From a virus, in the IMG/VR virus record IMGVR_UViG_3300014208_000003, positions 64,001 through 128,000 of that record: DNA of 64,000 nt; one strand, given 5' to 3'. Shown one piece after another: positions 59,134 through 64,000 of this stretch; positions within the stretch are counted from its first letter, which is position 1; every line of letters begins with the position of its first letter. The notes under the pieces are model-generated. The model ran no database searches, was not told where the DNA came from, and saw nothing but the letters and a program-made list of their open reading frames with translations. Position numbers and translations under genes: made by a program.

Positions 59134-61395
59134 TCATTTTTCCTTCTTTCTTAAAAATGTTGATAATGTTGGTTTTACTAGATTTATAACACCCCAGCCC
59201 ATTACATCATAAAATCTTTGAATCTTATCCTGAAATGTTTTGTTCCATTGTATTTCAAAATCTATCTTGAAATTATTTTTGATATATTCCGGACAGTTCC
59301 CAATAAATCCAATGACATCTTGTTTCAGAATATTGTTTGTAGTACAGTAATAATATCTAATCTTACTTCCGGAATCTACTTGCTGATTAGGTATGTTAAA
59401 ATGTTTTATTATAGCATTGTAATTGATACCTGCTCTTGAAGCCATTGGTGTATGAGGTTTGAAACAATTACCTTCAAGAATTGTTTTCATTATATTTTGG
59501 GATTGAATATCGTACTTACCAAAATCAGATATACCTTTAGGAGAAGCAATTTTTTCAATGGACTGTTTACAAAATTCTGCTTTAAGTTTAGTTAGATATT
59601 CGGTGACTTTAATCCGATCCTTACTTTCCATAATCAATTCAATCATAGACAATAATTTTTCTCTGCACCATGAAGGAGTATCGGATCTTACAACTTCTAT
59701 TCCGGTAATTGCTAGTTTAGGTTTATCGTATATTTTATGTTCTTTTGCAAGCATTCTAATAGCATATTTTTTCTTGGCTTGTATGAACATCGCATCGGCT
59801 ATTTTATCACGTTGGAATTTAATACGATTTTCAATATTATACTTAGCACAAAATATATCCAGCATCTTCTTGAATAATGGTTCCAAAACTGTTTTATCCA
59901 AGTCTAAAGCAAAATCTAAAAATGAACGTTTATCCTCTAATGTCTCTTGAAGTTCCTTTACAGAATAATAATTGCTGTCCGTATCGATAAGTTGACATGG
60001 TGCGAGTTTCAAAGGTTGCTTCCCGAACTTTTTTGGATAATGGTTCTGAAGATAATCATTAGTATTGTTCGCAAGATATTTTATAATAGTCTGCCCGAAA
60101 CCCGTAATAACTCTGGCATGGTTTATATTATAGAAGTTAAAATAGGGACTTGACATGATGCCATACAAACTATTTATTGCGATCTTTCGGATATACTGCA
60201 TACGATCATAATATTCTTCTCCTACCTTATCTCCTTTTAAACCACACTCTTTCTGCAATTTTTTAAAACGAATTCTATCATTAAAAATATTCTCAGTAAC
60301 TTCCGCAATAATTCCCTTTTTAGATTTATCATAATACACACCAGCGATAGGAGTTTTTATTAACATTCCTTTTGCTTCTAACTCTGCTCTTCTCTCACAC
60401 TCATCTTGCATAACAATAGTAGTAGCACACATATTCGTTGCCATAATAATTGACGGATAAAGGCTCTGAACATCATAACTAATAATATTCTCATAAAAGC
60501 CTTGATTCGCCATAACATAAGCACCATCAAATTGTTCTTTATGAAAATCTCCTTTATCAGACACTACCATATTTTTATTGTGCAATGCCTTCATAACATA
60601 ACCAGTCAAAACCGCTACAGAAGAAAAGATAGATTCAAACGGACATAATGATTCGTAACACATTGTAATAGCTAATCCGATATATTTCATCTTAGCATCT
60701 AGTTTAATTATTAGATTTACGTCCTGAATATTATACTCTACAAACTTATTCCAATCAGTTTTCCAAATAGTGTTTATCGTACCATCAAATTCTAACTTAC
60801 CCTCATTAATTTCATGCATACAAACAGAATTCAAATTATATGACTCTAGTTTCTCTTGCTGGAATTTTTTATAAAGATCCATATAATCTAAACAGGCAAT
60901 TCCACCTATCTTATTTTCCCATACTTTAGTCATCTTCCCTTTAGAATCATATTTTTCTTTTTGTTCTGTTTTCCATTTGTGTATAGGCGACATCGTTCCT
61001 TCAACACCTAATTTCTGGCATCGATTTATTAAGTAAGGTATATCAAATTGTGAAGAAAACCATCCCGAAAGAACTTGTATATTAGACTTCCGGAACCATC
61101 TACAAAACTTCTCTAACATTTCCTTTTCATCGGGATTGTAATAATAGTTTTTTGTAATAGTAGTATCATCAAGAGGGTATAGACCAAATGTATAGAACTC
61201 ACTTGTTTTTGATAAGTAAACCGTTATTAGATTGATAGGGAAATTAGCATCTTCTGGCTTGGGAAAAACGGGTGCAACATAATAACAACTATCTTTAAAT
61301 AAACACCATTTATTAGATTTTTCATCCCATATTTCATAATCATTAGAATTATATCGTTGTTCAAACTCTTTTATGGATATGTATGTTTCCGACAT
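59134..61395 (-). CDS. Family B DNA polymerase, large C-terminal fragment
   Basis: FDIPY (ExoII), YNIQD (ExoIII), DVQSLYPS, K..INSLYG, DTDS, KKKYA. Confidence 0.93.
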   Translation of the reverse strand: MSETYISIKEFEQRYNSNDYEIWDEKSNKWCLFKDSCYYVAPVFPKPEDANFPINLITVYLSKTSEFYTFGLYPLDDTTITKNYYYNPDEKEMLEKFCRWFRKSNIQVLSGWFSSQFDIPYLINRCQKLGVEGTMSPIHKWKTEQKEKYDSKGKMTKVWENKIGGIACLDYMDLYKKFQQEKLESYNLNSVCMHEINEGKLEFDGTINTIWKTDWNKFVEYNIQDVNLIIKLDAKMKYIGLAITMCYESLCPFESIFSSVAVLTGYVMKALHNKNMVVSDKGDFHKEQFDGAYVMANQGFYENIISYDVQSLYPSIIMATNMCATTIVMQDECERRAELEAKGMLIKTPIAGVYYDKSKKGIIAEVTENIFNDRIRFKKLQKECGLKGDKVGEEYYDRMQYIRKIAINSLYGIMSSPYFNFYNINHARVITGFGQTIIKYLANNTNDYLQNHYPKKFGKQPLKLAPCQLIDTDSNYYSVKELQETLEDKRSFLDFALDLDKTVLEPLFKKMLDIFCAKYNIENRIKFQRDKIADAMFIQAKKKYAIRMLAKEHKIYDKPKLAITGIEVVRSDTPSWCREKLLSMIELIMESKDRIKVTEYLTKLKAEFCKQSIEKIASPKGISDFGKYDIQSQNIMKTILEGNCFKPHTPMASRAGINYNAIIKHFNIPNQQVDSGSKIRYYYCTTNNILKQDVIGFIGNCPEYIKNNFKIDFEIQWNKTFQDKIQRFYDVMGWGVINLVKPTLSTFLRKKEK

Positions 61396-61415
61396 ATTAA
61401 CCTTTATGTAAAAAT

Positions 61416-62294
61416 TTATTTCTCAATTTTATCATTCTTGTGCGCGGTTTTGGTTTTTTTTTCCTTTAGAAATAGTTCAAATTCTTCATCTGTCATGGAA
61501 GCGTATCGTTTACCCATAATTGTTTGTTGATTTGTTTGTTTCCCCTTTTTTCCAGCAGATATAGATAGTCCACGTTGTATAGGATCTGCTGTTCGTAACG
61601 ATTTGTCTAATCTTGCGATTTGTTCTTCTTTGGTTAATTTATTTATAAATTTTTTGATAGATATTGAACTTTTAATATACATTTCGGGTGGATGATTTTT
61701 TTTATATTCTTCTTGACGAATTTTCTTATTCTCTTCTGATTCATTCTCGTAAAATTTTCTCAGGGATGATATTCTTTTTTCTCTAACTTCTGGTCTCAGT
61801 TGAATCATTCTTATTCTCTCGGATCTACAACGTTTCGATTCTTCTGGTTCATTCGCATAAAACTTTTTCATTCCTTCTACAGACTTTTTAATACGTGCTT
61901 GGTTTTCTTCTTCGGACAAAGAAGCATAATATTTTCTAACACCAATCGAAATTTTTTCTGCTATTTCTTTGTTTTTGGTTGGATGATTTTCCGCATATAA
62001 TTTTCTCATATATTCAATATCCTGCAAACCCATTCTATTTCCATTATGACTATCTACCGACATATATCTAAATGCACATATTAATTTCATTCTATATTCT
62101 GTATTATAATAAATTTTTACTAATAAATGATGAGCTACATAATGTTCTTTTACTCTTAACTTAACAATATTTTCTGCGCCGTTATTTCCTCCTACACATT
62201 TTGGTATTATATGATGTTTTTCATAATATCCATCGGTATAATCTCGTTTCTTTGCGGTTTCTATCAAATTATCATAACATTTTTTGTAATTCAT
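61416..62294 (-). CDS. HNH homing endonuclease inserted in the polymerase gene
   Basis: MNY...Y..LI, EKHHIIPKC.GG.N..EN.V.L..KEHY.AH.LL. Confidence 0.9.
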   Translation of the reverse strand: MNYKKCYDNLIETAKKRDYTDGYYEKHHIIPKCVGGNNGAENIVKLRVKEHYVAHHLLVKIYYNTEYRMKLICAFRYMSVDSHNGNRMGLQDIEYMRKLYAENHPTKNKEIAEKISIGVRKYYASLSEEENQARIKKSVEGMKKFYANEPEESKRCRSERIRMIQLRPEVREKRISSLRKFYENESEENKKIRQEEYKKNHPPEMYIKSSISIKKFINKLTKEEQIARLDKSLRTADPIQRGLSISAGKKGKQTNQQTIMGKRYASMTDEEFELFLKEKKTKTAHKNDKIEK

Positions 62295-62301
62295 GTTGAC
62301 T

Positions 62302-62333
62302 CCTTTTATAACTATTTAGATTAGTTATAAAGG
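62302..62333 (-). promoter_or_regulatory. RBS-occluding hairpin with late promoter TCTAAATA spanning its loop
   Basis: CCCTTTATAACTA-ATCTAAA-TAGTTATAAAAGG-AG before the HNH ATG. Confidence 0.75.
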
Positions 62334-62345
62334 GAATCTCTATAT

Positions 62346-62741
62346 CTACCTCTTTCTTATTTTTATTTTATGAGAAGAAGAAAATCCGGTGTCCCCTACT
62401 CCGATCTCTATGTCAAAAAAAGCAACATTAAAATTATTCAGATTCGGTGTTATATCTCTTTTTTCGTATTTGTGTTGTAAAAAGGAGAGTTCTTTCTGAA
62501 TATCTGTTTCGCAAAGATAAACATTGGCAGCTTTCTTATTCTTTATTTCCTGATATTCTTCCTGATATTTTTTTATAACAGGTACACCATATATATCTGT
62601 TATTTCCGATTGTCCTGTTTGATCCTTTTCGTAATATATATGTCTGTATTTGTCTATATGATGTTTGACTTTTCCGTTAGCATCAAATTCCCAAAAATGA
62701 AATTTCCTGTCATCATAATCATAGTAAGTTCCTGCAAACAT
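62346..62741 (-). CDS. Family B DNA polymerase, N-terminal fragment including ExoI
   Basis: TDIYG.PV, E.DI, VAFFDIEI (ExoI DxE). Confidence 0.85.
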   Translation of the reverse strand: MFAGTYYDYDDRKFHFWEFDANGKVKHHIDKYRHIYYEKDQTGQSEITDIYGVPVIKKYQEEYQEIKNKKAANVYLCETDIQKELSFLQHKYEKRDITPNLNNFNVAFFDIEIGVGDTGFSSSHKIKIRKR

Positions 62742-62748
62742 TAACCCT

Positions 62749-63180
62749 CTATTTCTTTTTTAATTCTGGATTCTCAAAAATATTCCCGACAATTTTCACA
62801 TATTGCTCCTCGTAAACACTTTCTCCACCATTTTTTTCAACACACCAACTAGACCATCTTGAACAAACATCGTCTTTAGAACGAGGAAAATAATAAGTAT
62901 ATCCGTTATCTTCTTTCTCCCATACATCACAACCATCTTTTCCGTCGTTACTTGTTACCAGAATGTCACCTTCATATATTCTTTTACCAGTCTTATCTTT
63001 AAAATCGGTTTCAAAACATACTACAAAATATTTTTCTATACACGAAATTATATTACCGTCAATATTTTTATGATACAACTTTCCATCTTGTCCTATAAAG
63101 AAATCAGGAACTATATCTTTTTTAGTTCTCTTATTAATAAAAAGTTTGTTTTGTTTATCCCATACTCTAAATTTTTTCAT
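62749..63180 (-). CDS. YopX-family protein
   Basis: KFRVWD, DKTGK.IYEGDI, VGNIFENPEL. Confidence 0.88.
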   Translation of the reverse strand: MKKFRVWDKQNKLFINKRTKKDIVPDFFIGQDGKLYHKNIDGNIISCIEKYFVVCFETDFKDKTGKRIYEGDILVTSNDGKDGCDVWEKEDNGYTYYFPRSKDDVCSRWSSWCVEKNGGESVYEEQYVKIVGNIFENPELKKK

Positions 63181-63832
63181 TCGTGTTCCTCCAAATCAAT
63201 AACATTATTCTCAAAAAATACTTCAGGCATTCCGTTAAACATTCCATCACCAAAAATAAGCATAACATCCCACAATTCGGTTATCAAATATCCATCTTTC
63301 AAAGGAGGAATACGAACGGGCATTCTAGATATACTATATAGTTTTTTATAATGATTTTCGTAATGCTTCAGACCACTTTTCGTAAGCTTGATTTTAACAG
63401 TATCATTTATGTTTATTCGCATTCAATCTCCGTTATAAAACCCAAATGTCTCAAAACTTCATCTAATATCAAATCAAGTTTATAGTAATCGCCTTGTGAA
63501 ACTTTTATACCGTCGATAAAAACATCAGTACCGAAAGTAGTACAACATCCATCTCCGCAAGTGTGCTCCCAATCAGAAAGCTTTATTTTTATTTTCTTGT
63601 TCTTTGGCATTTTTTATTATTGTGTAAAGTTTATCGAGATTTTCTAGTGTTGAGAATGATCTGTATGCAAAAATACCCAACGATGCACCTAATATTTGTC
63701 CACCATATTTTATCTCGAAGAAGTAAAAAAATAAGGAAACAATTAACAAAAAATAAGCCATTGTCCAAGAAAACAATCCATCAAAAATCTTTTCAATAAT
63801 CTTCATACAAACTCCTTTAATAATGTGATATT

Positions 63833-63860
63833 AATATAACCACATTGTATCAGGAATCAA
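63833..63860 (-). promoter_or_regulatory. Early promoter
   Basis: TTGATT-N16-(GTGGT)TATATT. Confidence 0.65.
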
Positions 63861-64000
63861 GACCCTTTACCGAGAATTTTTTCAGTTTCTTTTCTTTTTC
63901 CATCTGACTCAAAAAAGTTCCGCAAACAGCACAATCCAAAACAACATTAAACTGACATTCTCCCACGAATGAATTCGTGAGGTTCTTGTTTCCCTGAATC

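Noticed and set aside
61396-62345. Group I intron in the polymerase gene
   Set aside because: Non-coding flanks are too short, no P7 or core motifs are seen, and both fragments have their own stop and start
5709-63799. Many short plus-strand ORFs in the track (for example 10945, 19853, 50859, 53787, 59558)
   Set aside because: Antisense shadows of well-supported minus-strand genes
1-64000. Stop-codon reassignment
   Set aside because: Core genes are intact under code 11, and TAA, TAG and TGA all terminate genes

Overview
This window is about 64 kb of an AT-rich, T4-like large dsDNA phage genome. It uses the standard genetic code, and nearly all genes are on the minus strand after about 3.5 kb. 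The right half holds a T4-type replication and recombination block: split PolB, UvsX, gp41, gp33/gp59-like genes, gp32, primase, RNase H, clamp and clamp loader, class II RNR with an intein, three DNA methyltransferases and several homing endonucleases. The left half is accessory. Highlights: (1) a three-cassette integron-like array at 8.7-9.96 kb with attC-like structured spacers, 24-nt gene-flanking inverted repeats and a phage-type promoter, but no integrase in the window; (2) a complete deamidating NAD+ salvage cluster (pncB-nadE-pncA-nadD-Nudix); (3) at least 13 otherwise dissimilar small proteins sharing a C-terminal [VIL]PE..DPF[LF]EID motif; (4) Ro60 preceded by four tandem Y RNAs (two YrlA-like, two minimal) and followed by three tRNAs; (5) strong over-representation of the palindrome (T)TCCGGA(A); (6) a DNA polymerase split inside its exonuclease domain by an HNH gene. 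All calls come from reading motifs by eye; no database searches were run.
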